Source: Halobacteriovoraceae bacterium
GTDB taxonomy: Bacteria > Bdellovibrionota > Bacteriovoracia > Bacteriovoracales > Bacteriovoracaceae
Length of the DNA stretch: 64,000 bases
Reading direction: 5' to 3'
Assembly (NCBI GenBank): GCA_002711995.1
Contig: PASN01000012.1
Coordinates: 15,155-79,154, forward strand
The notes under the pieces were generated by a model, which searched no databases, had not been told where the DNA came from, and saw nothing but the letters and a program-made list of their open reading frames with translations. The translations under genes and the position numbers were made by a program. This document shows, piece after piece, positions 47,529 through 56,101 of this stretch (position 1 is the first letter of the stretch; every line of letters begins with the position of its first letter).

Positions 47529-48488
47529 CTAATATCTTGGTTTCTTATCAAAGTGATGTTCAGCTGTAATGTGTCTAATCGTCCCAGACTCGCTTCTCAT
47601 AACTAGAGAGTGAGTCGTTGCGCCCCAAGGCTTAAAGTTAACGCCTTTTAAAAGACTTCCCGTTGTAACTCCCGTTGCTACAAACATGACATTGCCTTTC
47701 GCTAGGTCGTTCATATGGAAAACTTTATTGATATCTTCAATTCCCATTCCCTTGGCGCGCTCAATTTCCTCTTCACTTCTAGGTTGGAATACACCTTGGA
47801 AGTCTCCTCCCAAACATCTCAAAGCTGCAGCGGAAATAACGCCTTCTGGAGCCGCTCCAATTCCAAGAAGGATGTCAATCCCAGAGTCTGGAAGAGCGCA
47901 TGCGATTGCCGCGGAAACATCTCCGTCACCAATAAGATTGATTCTACAACCTGTTTCTCTGATCTCGGCTATAAGATCTTTATGCCTAGGCCTGTCTAAA
48001 ACCACGGCCGTTAGATCTTGAGGTCTGCATTTTTTAACATCCGCAAGTCTTCTAATATTCTCTGTAGCACTTTGAGTAATATCGATGCACCCTTTGGCCT
48101 CAGGGCCTACAGCAATTTTATTCATGTAGCTGTCCGGGGCGTGAAGAAGTCCGCCTTTTTCACCAATGGCCATAACTGAAATTGAGTTTGGACCACCAGT
48201 GGCGCAGATAGTTGTTCCCTCTAAAGGATCAACCGCGATCTCAAGCTCTGGGCAGTTGTCTGAACCACCGCCAACTTTTTCGCCGATATAAAGCATAGGA
48301 GCTTCATCTCTTTCTCCCTCGCCAATAACGATAGTCGCTTTACAGTCCACGCTGTCGAGCATACTTCTCATAGCGTCAACGGCCGCCTGGTCAGAGGCCT
48401 TCTCGTCCCCTTTTCCCATCCATCTTGCGGAAGCGATTGCCGCCATTTCAGTAACTCTTACAAATTCCAAGGCCAAATTTCTGTTCAC
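47529..48488 (-). CDS. glpX: class II fructose-1,6-bisphosphatase
   Basis: 319 aa. LALEFVRVTEMAAIASARWMGKGDEKASDQAAVDAM, VDPLEGT and GDGDVS are GlpX signatures. Confidence 0.9.
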   Translation of the reverse strand: MNRNLALEFVRVTEMAAIASARWMGKGDEKASDQAAVDAMRSMLDSVDCKATIVIGEGERDEAPMLYIGEKVGGGSDNCPELEIAVDPLEGTTICATGGPNSISVMAIGEKGGLLHAPDSYMNKIAVGPEAKGCIDITQSATENIRRLADVKKCRPQDLTAVVLDRPRHKDLIAEIRETGCRINLIGDGDVSAAIACALPDSGIDILLGIGAAPEGVISAAALRCLGGDFQGVFQPRSEEEIERAKGMGIEDINKVFHMNDLAKGNVMFVATGVTTGSLLKGVNFKPWGATTHSLVMRSESGTIRHITAEHHFDKKPRY

Positions 48489-48557
48489 TTATATTTCCTT
48501 TGCTGTTTAAAATAAAAACCAACGCTTTTTTAGCGCTCTGGATCTAATGCATCAACC

Positions 48558-49277
48558 CTAACTAAGCTTCATTAACATGAAATCTAACGCTTCCTGGGAC
48601 AGTTTATCGACATCAACGTTATTAAGAAGCTTTTTGGCCATCTCAATTTTGTCGTCGTCTATCCCCTCATCTAGTTTGAAGACAAACTCATCCTCGCTGA
48701 TTAGAGGTGTGTCGATATCTCTTTTGGAGATCACTCTTCCAGTTTGAAGGCCCTTTGTGTCCTTCCACTCAATGAAGTTTTCCATGATAAGAACCTGAAA
48801 CTTGGAAAGCTCTCCATCATTGTGCCTCCATATGAATATTTCAGCTGGGCCGTCGGATCTAAGCCAATACTTAAGCTTTGGAGGCAATTCAAGTCCTAAC
48901 TCCTCTCTATGAAGCGGTTTTAAGGAACTTGCGAAATTTTCAATTTTCAGAAAGCCGTCAACGGCCTCTCTTTGAGTTTGCTGTCCGCTAAACTCCACTC
49001 CAAGTCTATTCTCTTTGGCCCACTTCACACTCCCTTGAACTTTAAGGGACTTTCCAAGCCAATGAATCTCACCTTTTAAATTTTCGCCTTGTCTTTCTTC
49101 AGAGTTGCCTGATTTTAGGGCAAGCTGCATTCCACTGTGGGATATATCTTTAACCTCAAACACTCTTTCATTTGAGTTTTCGCTTTTAAATATCAGGTAG
49201 CAGAAAGGGAATCTTGGAAGAACCCTTTTTTCCAACTTCTCAAAGTCACTCTGTACCAAATTCAGATGCCTGGCCAT
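48558..49277 (-). CDS. PilZ domain protein (c-di-GMP receptor candidate)
   Basis: 239 aa. RVLPR (RxxxR) followed by DISHSG (DxSxxG). Confidence 0.6.
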   Translation of the reverse strand: MARHLNLVQSDFEKLEKRVLPRFPFCYLIFKSENSNERVFEVKDISHSGMQLALKSGNSEERQGENLKGEIHWLGKSLKVQGSVKWAKENRLGVEFSGQQTQREAVDGFLKIENFASSLKPLHREELGLELPPKLKYWLRSDGPAEIFIWRHNDGELSKFQVLIMENFIEWKDTKGLQTGRVISKRDIDTPLISEDEFVFKLDEGIDDDKIEMAKKLLNNVDVDKLSQEALDFMLMKLS

Positions 49278-49448
49278 CTTCTCTCCTTATTAAATTTAAA
49301 TGCTTAGTATAGTTTAACACAAAGAAAAACGTGAGTAGGAAAAATCTAATGACACATTCTGACATGTTTTAAGGCTTAAAATAAACTCTAGTTTCTGATA
49401 ATCTATTCCACAAGCTCCCTCTGCTTGGGAGAATAAATCGAGGAATCA

Positions 49449-50087
49449 ATGCCCGAAAAAAACTTAAGCTCTGACTTAGAAATCGATAACCTCCCCAACC
49501 GGCTCACTATATTAAGACTTGCAATGGTTCCTGTTGTTTTGGCCTGCCTTTACGGCGCTGCAGCAAACATAAGTCCATCTTGGACTTCAGGCCTTGGTTG
49601 GACCGCTGCTTGGATCTTTGCCGCGGCTTCCATCACAGACTTCTTTGATGGCTACATTGCAAGAAAAAGAGGAATTGTTACTGTTTTTGGTTCATTCATT
49701 GATCCTATCGCAGACAAGTTTTTGACCGTATCCTCACTAATAATGCTTCAAGCGCTGGATAGGGTTCCGGCCTTTATCGTAATTATTTTGGTTCTAAGAG
49801 AAATGTATATGACAAGTCTTAGACTTCTTGCCACGAATGAAGGGATAAGCGTTCCAGTTAGCAGCCTTGGCAAGTGGAAAACCGCGATACAGATGGTGGG
49901 GATTCCAATGCTTATGGCAAACGAGCCTTGGTGGATCTTTCCATTTCCAATATTGGGGACAATATTAATTTATGCGGCCTCAATTCTTTCCCTCTGGTCC
50001 GCAATCTCTTATTCGATTAACATGATTGCCAAGCTTAAACAGTCCAGAGCTGTCAAGAAAAGCGCTTCAAAGGAAAATAATGAATAA
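49449..50087 (+). CDS. pgsA: CDP-diacylglycerol--glycerol-3-phosphate 3-phosphatidyltransferase
   Basis: 212 aa. CDP-alcohol phosphatidyltransferase motif DFFDGYIARKRGIVTVFGSFIDPIADK. Confidence 0.85.
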   Translation: MPEKNLSSDLEIDNLPNRLTILRLAMVPVVLACLYGAAANISPSWTSGLGWTAAWIFAAASITDFFDGYIARKRGIVTVFGSFIDPIADKFLTVSSLIMLQALDRVPAFIVIILVLREMYMTSLRLLATNEGISVPVSSLGKWKTAIQMVGIPMLMANEPWWIFPFPILGTILIYAASILSLWSAISYSINMIAKLKQSRAVKKSASKENNE

Positions 50088-51270
50088 AGAACTCGTTCTT
50101 GTAACTATTAGCGGTCCCGACCATCCGGGGATTACAGCAGCTCTTATGAATTGTATCTGCAAATCAAAGGCAAGAATAGAAGACATGGGGCAATCAATTA
50201 CTCACGGGCTTCTTTCCCTATCTATCCTTTTAAATATGACCAAGGCCGAAGGAGAGCAAGACAACTCCCCTCTTATTAAAGATCTGCTTTTTACAGCGAA
50301 GAAAATGGGCGTTGAGTTGGACTTTGAAATCATTGAAGACAAAGAAATGATCAAAGCCCCTGGAGACAAATACATTTTAAGCTGTGTCTCTCTTGGAGGC
50401 ATTACTTCAGACTTTATATACGACATCTCTAAAACACTGGCCGACAACAACATCAATATCCAAAGAATTGAAAACGTGACGGAGAACGAGTTCAAGTCAT
50501 TAGAGATTGGAACTCGCGCGGAGTCTCAAGACGTTCAGTGGGAACAAGTTAAAGAGCAGCTTATTAATCTGAGCAACAAGCACGAGACAGATCTCGCTCT
50601 TTTAAAAGACGATGTTTGGAGAAGAAACAAAAGACTTATTGTTTTTGATATGGACTCCACTCTTATTCAGTCGGAAGTAATTGTAGAGATGGCCAAAGCT
50701 CATGGTGTTGGCGACAAGGTTCATGAAATCACTGAAAGAGCTATGGAAGGACACCTAAACTTTGATGAGTCTTTGGTTGAAAGAGTTAGACTTCTAAAGG
50801 GACTCAGAGAAGACCTTCTCCAGGAGATTGTAGAAGAAATAAAGCTCACTGAAGGTGTGGAAGACTTTGTTAAAACCGTAAAGGCACTTGGATATAAAGT
50901 TGCCATAATCTCAGGTGGATTCACCTACTTTGCAAATTACTTTAAAGAAAGACTTGGAATCGATTACGCCTTTGCAAATGATCTTCATATTGAAAACGGC
51001 GTCCTCACCGGGGATATAAAAGGCTCCATTGTAAACGCCGAGAAAAAGGCAATGCTCGTTGATCTTCTTGCTCAACAAGAAGGTATAAGACTTGAGCAGG
51101 TAGTTGCCATTGGAGATGGCGCCAACGATCTTCACATGCTTGCCAAAGCAGGCCTTGGGATCGCTTTTCACGCCAAAGAAATTGTTAAACAAAGCGCCAA
51201 ACAACATATGAGTCATGGACCTATGACTTCTATATTATACTTTTTAGGAATCCCTGGCGCACAGGACTAA
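50080..51270 (+). CDS. serB: phosphoserine phosphatase with N-terminal ACT-like domains
   Basis: The ATG at 50080 (AAGGAAAA SD) gives MNKELVLVTISGPDHPGITAAL. HAD motifs FDMDSTLI and GDGANDL. It overlaps the pgsA stop. Confidence 0.85.
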   Translation: MNKELVLVTISGPDHPGITAALMNCICKSKARIEDMGQSITHGLLSLSILLNMTKAEGEQDNSPLIKDLLFTAKKMGVELDFEIIEDKEMIKAPGDKYILSCVSLGGITSDFIYDISKTLADNNINIQRIENVTENEFKSLEIGTRAESQDVQWEQVKEQLINLSNKHETDLALLKDDVWRRNKRLIVFDMDSTLIQSEVIVEMAKAHGVGDKVHEITERAMEGHLNFDESLVERVRLLKGLREDLLQEIVEEIKLTEGVEDFVKTVKALGYKVAIISGGFTYFANYFKERLGIDYAFANDLHIENGVLTGDIKGSIVNAEKKAMLVDLLAQQEGIRLEQVVAIGDGANDLHMLAKAGLGIAFHAKEIVKQSAKQHMSHGPMTSILYFLGIPGAQD

Positions 51271-51272
51271 GT

Positions 51273-51896
51273 ATGGCAATTTTTAAGTCTTTGAAGAAGG
51301 CGCTGGAAGCACCTCAAGAAGCTACAGTTTTAAAGATTAAAACCAAAGGAGCAACTCTTCCTAATGAGTTGTTTACGCTTACAAATCTCACCCAGCTCTA
51401 CATTCAGTCTAGTGAGCTCAAAACTGTTCAAGAAGATATTGCCGCTCTTTCAAAGCTTGAAACTGTAAATATCCAATCAAAGGAATTAAAAGAGGTTCCA
51501 AAGGAGTTGTTACTCCTTCCAAAGCTTAAAAGCTTAAATCTATCAGCTTGTTCGATTAAGTCACTCCCACCAATTGTAGGGGCAAACTCCCCTGTTCAGA
51601 TACTTAACTTGTCATCAAACAAGCTAAAGTCGCTCCCGCAAAACTTGGAGTCACTTTCAAGACTAAAAGAACTGAATCTTTCCAATAATGATATAGAGAG
51701 CTTTACAGATTCTATTTATTTTCTTGAAGAAATTGTGAGGCTAAATCTTAACAGCAACAAGCTTAAGAGCCTCAATTTAAAAACTGACAAGCTACCGAAC
51801 TTAAAATTTTTATCTATAGATCACAATCCATTTCCAGAAGAGGAAAAGCAAAGAATTCAAAAAGATCTTGGACTTTGGTTTGAACAATTCACATAA
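51273..51896 (+). CDS. leucine-rich repeat protein (no signal peptide)
   Basis: 207 aa with about seven 22-23-aa LRRs (LTQLYIQSSELKTV, LKSLNLSACSIKSLP, LNLSSNKLKSLP, LNLSNNDIESF, LNLNSNKLKSL, LSIDHNPF). Confidence 0.75.
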   Translation: MAIFKSLKKALEAPQEATVLKIKTKGATLPNELFTLTNLTQLYIQSSELKTVQEDIAALSKLETVNIQSKELKEVPKELLLLPKLKSLNLSACSIKSLPPIVGANSPVQILNLSSNKLKSLPQNLESLSRLKELNLSNNDIESFTDSIYFLEEIVRLNLNSNKLKSLNLKTDKLPNLKFLSIDHNPFPEEEKQRIQKDLGLWFEQFT

Positions 51897-51898
51897 AA

Positions 51899-51919
51899 AA
51901 GGCCCAAAGAATGGGCCTT
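51899..51919. terminator. bidirectional hairpin terminator between convergent genes
   Basis: aaggccc-aaagaat-gggcctt, preceded by an A-run (a T-run on the other strand). Confidence 0.55.
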
Positions 51920-51932
51920 ACGACTTTAGTAT

Positions 51933-52361
51933 CTACTCAATATCGCATGATAGGTCTTCAACGGGAATGAGGTCTTTTTCTTCAATAAGAAAATTAAAAC
52001 CTGTTCCCTCTGTATCCTCGTTGACTCGAAAATAGCTAGTACGTACATAATCATCGGCAGCAAAAGTAAGAAAATTAAAATTTGCCCTGCCATGCCCTAA
52101 GAAGCGGCAAAGGTTAGTGGCATCCCTTGAGGTTATATTAAAATCAACCTCATCACTACTTGTAAATCTCACATTCTTGTAAACAACCGTGTTTAGACCA
52201 GGATATACCTTTTTAACGTCGGCCATAAAATTAATATTAACCTCTTCAGTGGGAATTTCACCTATTCCAACTTTATCCACAGAAATTGAAGAGCTGAAGT
52301 GTGTGTCAGAGAAAACTGAAGCTGATGCCAAAATAAGACCTAGGGCTAATGTTTTAAACAT
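51933..52361 (-). CDS. secreted protein of unknown function
   Basis: The ATG at 52361 is preceded by AAGGAGA and gives MFKTLALGLILASASVFS. The track start at 52418 adds a non-signal extension. Confidence 0.45.
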   Translation of the reverse strand: MFKTLALGLILASASVFSDTHFSSSISVDKVGIGEIPTEEVNINFMADVKKVYPGLNTVVYKNVRFTSSDEVDFNITSRDATNLCRFLGHGRANFNFLTFAADDYVRTSYFRVNEDTEGTGFNFLIEEKDLIPVEDLSCDIE

Positions 52362-52900
52362 GGGTATCTCCTTTAAAACTAGTTGATGTTTTGAAGCTGC
52401 CCCAAAATAACGCACCACAACATCCCATTCAATCCACTGTGAATTCTTTATATAATCTAGGAAGTACGTTCCTTATATTTCATACACTTAAGTACCAACA
52501 AGACACAATCCACTTGTATGACCCTATTAGATCCTATATGATTTTAGAACATGATCAGGTGGTGGGGTGTTGTCGCACCCCACCTAAATCATCGTTTGGT
52601 TAAATCTAGAATTGAATTAATGATATCCAAAAATAGTTTAATCAAAGTCAAAACCATGATTATGTCTTCCATAACAAACACCTTTTGTTACAAGGCTCCT
52701 CTTCATTGAGGAGTCATGGAAGCTGCACGCTTTGTACAGCAGTGCAGTTCACGAGTCATTTTCAATAGCTGTGTATTAGGAATTTGTTTTGTTTTTGAAA
52801 GAGAGTAATAAAAGTCTCTAATAAGCTGATGTGGTATTTCACTGAAGATACAAGAACTATATATGTAACCCCTCTAAATCACTGCACCGGAGAAATTTAC

Positions 52901-52928
52901 TAAATATCTCAGGGAATACAACCGAAGG
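52901..52928 (+). promoter_or_regulatory. sigma28-like promoter: TAAA-N16-ACCGAAGG
   Basis: TAAA at 52901-52904 and ACCGAAGG at 52921-52928, 37 nt upstream of the ATG at 52966 (AAGG SD in between). Confidence 0.35.
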
Positions 52929-52965
52929 TATAGTTTGGATACGAAAAGCAAGACAAGGTAGATAA

Positions 52966-55900
52966 ATGCAGTTAAAAATTTTGGTGTTAGCTTTTACAGC
53001 TTTGGCCATTTCTTGTGGAAGGAACAGTGCAAGCGTGAGTCAAAGTACAAAAACAACTGCGGCCCCCTCTGAAGCGCCCTTTGTTTTAGATTCAAAGTAC
53101 TTGAAGCCACTGGGCTTCCCCACTCCATACAGCAGTGTTGGTAATTTAGCGACTCCTGTCCTAGAAGTTGAGGTTCCCGAGACATTGGGCGTATTACAAC
53201 TCTTTTCAGATAGTTCATGTTCAAATGCGAATATTGTTGGCCAGAAATACGTAGATGGAAGCTTAAGCTCCACAAGGGTTCGCCTTGGAAATCTTTCTGA
53301 TGGGGTCACAAATATTTATGGCAAATTTACAGATAAAAATGGAGATGAGATCTCCTGTAAAGAAATGGATCAATACGACCTTTCAAATAAAAACTATGAT
53401 ATTCAAACTATATTCTCAAATAACAATGCTTTTGCAGCAATCAGATCTGATGGATCTGTTATTACTTGGGGCGTCCCTTCATATGGTGGAAACAGCAGCA
53501 GTGTTAGTGAACAGCTCGATGGTAGCATTGCAGTAACTAGCATTGCAGCTACTGAACGAGCATTCGCTGCAGTCAGATCTGACGGGTCTGTCATAACGTG
53601 GGGAGACTCCACATATGGTGGAGACAGCAGTGGTGTAAGTCCCGACCTCAATGGCAATATAAGCGTGACTAATATTATAGCAAGCGAGAGAGCATTTGCT
53701 GCATTAAGATTAGATGGATCTGTAATAACATGGGGAGACAACTCATACGGTGGAGATAGCAGCGATGTAAGCACCGAGCTTAATGGAACCACAGCCGTAA
53801 CGAGCATTACATCCTCATTCCGCTCCTTTGCAGCAATAAGGTCAGATGGATCCGTTGTCTCATGGGGTAGCACTAATAATGGTGGCGACAGCAGCAGTGT
53901 GAGCTCTGAGCTCAATGGAAGCATAGCTGTTACGAGCATAGCATCTACGTACGCGGCCTTCGCTGCTTTGAGAACTGATGGATCTGTCGTGACATGGGGA
54001 AACAACGTATTCGGTGGAGATAGTGACAGTGTAAGTTCTGATATAAATGGAACTATTAGTGTCATTAGTATTACTGCCACAGAGGAGGCCTTTGCAGCAC
54101 TCAGATCTGATGGCTCAGTAATTACCTGGGGGAACTCCTCTAACGGTGGTGATAGTAGTGGTGTAAGTACTGAACTCAATGGAAGCACCCCCGTTACGAG
54201 TATTTATTCGACGGAATCAGCCTTCGCTGCAGTTAGGTCGGATGGATCAGTCATTGCTTGGGGTCATGGTGGATATGGTGGAAGCACCAGCGGTGTCAGC
54301 TCCGATCTTAATGGAACCATCAATGTTACAAGTATTGAAGCTTCAAGAGGTGCCTTTGCAGCAATTAGATCAAATGGTTCTGTCATAACTTGGGGATATG
54401 GTTCACATGGAGCAAATAGCAGTAGCGTGAGCTCTGACATCGATGGAAGTGTGGAAGTAATTAGTATTGCATCAACAAAACAGGCATTTGCCGCACTCAG
54501 AAGTGACGGTTCAGTTATAACTTGGGGCAGCAGTAATTACGGTGGAGACAGTAGCGATGTAAGTGCTGATCTTGATGGAACAGTCAGCGTCACAAGCATT
54601 GCGGCAACAGATCAAGCATTTGCGGCAATAAGAGCCGACGGGTCCATTGTCACGTGGGGTCATTCTGGATACGGAGGAGATAGCTCGAATAAAAGCTCTG
54701 GTTCTAAAAACCTAATTGATATAGCGAGCATCCATTCAGCAATCTCTTACTCATACTCTTCCTTTGCCGCTCTAAAGACTGATGGCTCTGTTATTGCATG
54801 GGGAGACGCCTATTCAGGAGGAGATACTAGCAGCGTAAGCACTGACATCGACGGAAGCATTGGTGTAACCAGTATCATTGCAAATAATTATTCATTTGCC
54901 GCACTAAGATCTGATGGCTCCGTTATAGCCTGGGGTATTAGTAGTTTAGGTGGAGACACTAGCAGTGTGAGCACTGATCTTGATGGGAGCACACCTGTTA
55001 CAAATGTAGTAGCATCAGAGGGCGCTTTTGCTGCACTAAGATCAGATGGGTCAGTCATAACTTGGGGAAGTACCACCTACGGTGGAGACAGCACCAGTGT
55101 TGCAGCAGATATAAATGGAACAATTAACGTAGTCAGCATCTCCGCGACTGATGGTGCCTTTGCTGCGATTAGATCAGACGGATCCGTAATCACTTGGGGA
55201 GATCCATTGCAAGGTGGCAATAGCAGCACAGTTAGCTCCTCAATTAACGGAACGATTAACGTAACGAGCATAGTCGCAACTGCCGAAGCTTTTGCCGCAA
55301 TCAGAAGTGATGGCTCTGTAGTTACCTGGGGAGACTCTGGACATGGTGGTGACAGCGCCAGTGTAAGCACAGCTATTAATGGCACCACACCTGTAATAAG
55401 TATAAATGCATCTAGTGGCAACACTGGTTCTGCATTTGCAGCACTTAGAGATGACGGCTCAGTCATTGCATGGGGATACTCCAGCGCCGGCGGAAATACA
55501 AGCAGTGTTAGCTCTCAAATAGACGGAACCATAGATGTAATAAGCATTGTTCCTAACGGAAAGGCATTCGCTGCGATCAGATCTGACGGTTCAGTAGTTA
55601 CTTGGGGCTACCTTCATGGAGGTGGCGACAGTAGCAGTGTGAGTTCGGAACTTGATGGCAGCATTGATGTAATTAGTATTGCCGGCACAGCGGGAATTAG
55701 TAATTTTGCAGCCTTCGCAGCAATCAGATCTGATGGATCTGTGATTACATGGGGAAAGCCTGATTATGGTGGAGACAGCAGTAGTGTGAGCGCCGAGCTT
55801 GATGGAACCATCGATGTAGTAAGCATAGCTGGGACAGATAGAGCGTTTGCGGCTATTAGATCCGACGGCTCTATTGTAACATGGGGAGAAAGTGATAATG

Positions 55901-56058
55901 GTGGGGCCATAAGTGAAGAATATAACGGTTTCTCAGATGGCTCCTTTTTATTTGCTTCAGAAGAAAATTTCTGCTCTAAAGACTTAGTTGGAAATATCTT
56001 CTGCTGGGGCAATCCTAATTATTCGTTTGATCCTCAATTTACTGGCAGGCAGTTCTGA
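52966..56058 (+). CDS. lipoprotein with 19 copies of a 38-aa RCC1-like 'AFAAIRSDGSVITWG..GGDSS.VS..L.G...V.SI' repeat (paralog A)
   Basis: 1030 aa with lipobox ALAISCG. It has a ~130-aa conserved N-domain shared with the two paralogs, 19 WG-containing repeats, and a conserved C-terminal cap ending FCWGNPNYSFDPQFTGRQF. Confidence 0.8.
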   Translation: MQLKILVLAFTALAISCGRNSASVSQSTKTTAAPSEAPFVLDSKYLKPLGFPTPYSSVGNLATPVLEVEVPETLGVLQLFSDSSCSNANIVGQKYVDGSLSSTRVRLGNLSDGVTNIYGKFTDKNGDEISCKEMDQYDLSNKNYDIQTIFSNNNAFAAIRSDGSVITWGVPSYGGNSSSVSEQLDGSIAVTSIAATERAFAAVRSDGSVITWGDSTYGGDSSGVSPDLNGNISVTNIIASERAFAALRLDGSVITWGDNSYGGDSSDVSTELNGTTAVTSITSSFRSFAAIRSDGSVVSWGSTNNGGDSSSVSSELNGSIAVTSIASTYAAFAALRTDGSVVTWGNNVFGGDSDSVSSDINGTISVISITATEEAFAALRSDGSVITWGNSSNGGDSSGVSTELNGSTPVTSIYSTESAFAAVRSDGSVIAWGHGGYGGSTSGVSSDLNGTINVTSIEASRGAFAAIRSNGSVITWGYGSHGANSSSVSSDIDGSVEVISIASTKQAFAALRSDGSVITWGSSNYGGDSSDVSADLDGTVSVTSIAATDQAFAAIRADGSIVTWGHSGYGGDSSNKSSGSKNLIDIASIHSAISYSYSSFAALKTDGSVIAWGDAYSGGDTSSVSTDIDGSIGVTSIIANNYSFAALRSDGSVIAWGISSLGGDTSSVSTDLDGSTPVTNVVASEGAFAALRSDGSVITWGSTTYGGDSTSVAADINGTINVVSISATDGAFAAIRSDGSVITWGDPLQGGNSSTVSSSINGTINVTSIVATAEAFAAIRSDGSVVTWGDSGHGGDSASVSTAINGTTPVISINASSGNTGSAFAALRDDGSVIAWGYSSAGGNTSSVSSQIDGTIDVISIVPNGKAFAAIRSDGSVVTWGYLHGGGDSSSVSSELDGSIDVISIAGTAGISNFAAFAAIRSDGSVITWGKPDYGGDSSSVSAELDGTIDVVSIAGTDRAFAAIRSDGSIVTWGESDNGGAISEEYNGFSDGSFLFASEENFCSKDLVGNIFCWGNPNYSFDPQFTGRQF
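53428..55920 (+). repeat. 114-bp coding tandem repeat array (~19 units)
   Basis: Periodic gc.tt.gc.gc..t.ag.tc.ga.gg.tc.gt..t.ac.tgggg units are seen throughout. The period was derived from the 38-aa protein repeat. Confidence 0.85.
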
Positions 56059-56076
56059 AAGCTATTTAATGAAAAA

Positions 56077-56095
56077 GAGGCCAAAAACTGGCCTC
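56077..56095. terminator. bidirectional hairpin terminator between convergent genes
   Basis: gaggcca-aaaac-tggcctc, flanked by A/T-rich sequence. Confidence 0.55.
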
Positions 56096-56101
56096 AACTT
56101 A

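Noticed and set aside
53403-54188. 261-aa antisense ORF, and many other 60-130-aa antisense ORFs, inside the 38-aa-repeat genes and DUF285 genes (e.g. 55077-55466, 61736-62128, 33370-33756, 35082-35477)
   Set aside because: They are periodic mirror images of the sense repeats. The repeat codon composition simply lacks stop codons on the opposite strand. They have no independent starts, SD sequences or motifs.
53428-55920. Regular 114-bp periodicity as a possible CRISPR array
   Set aside because: The units are contiguous with no unique spacers, lie in one long ORF with a clear protein repeat, and lack palindromic repeat cores. There are no cas genes.
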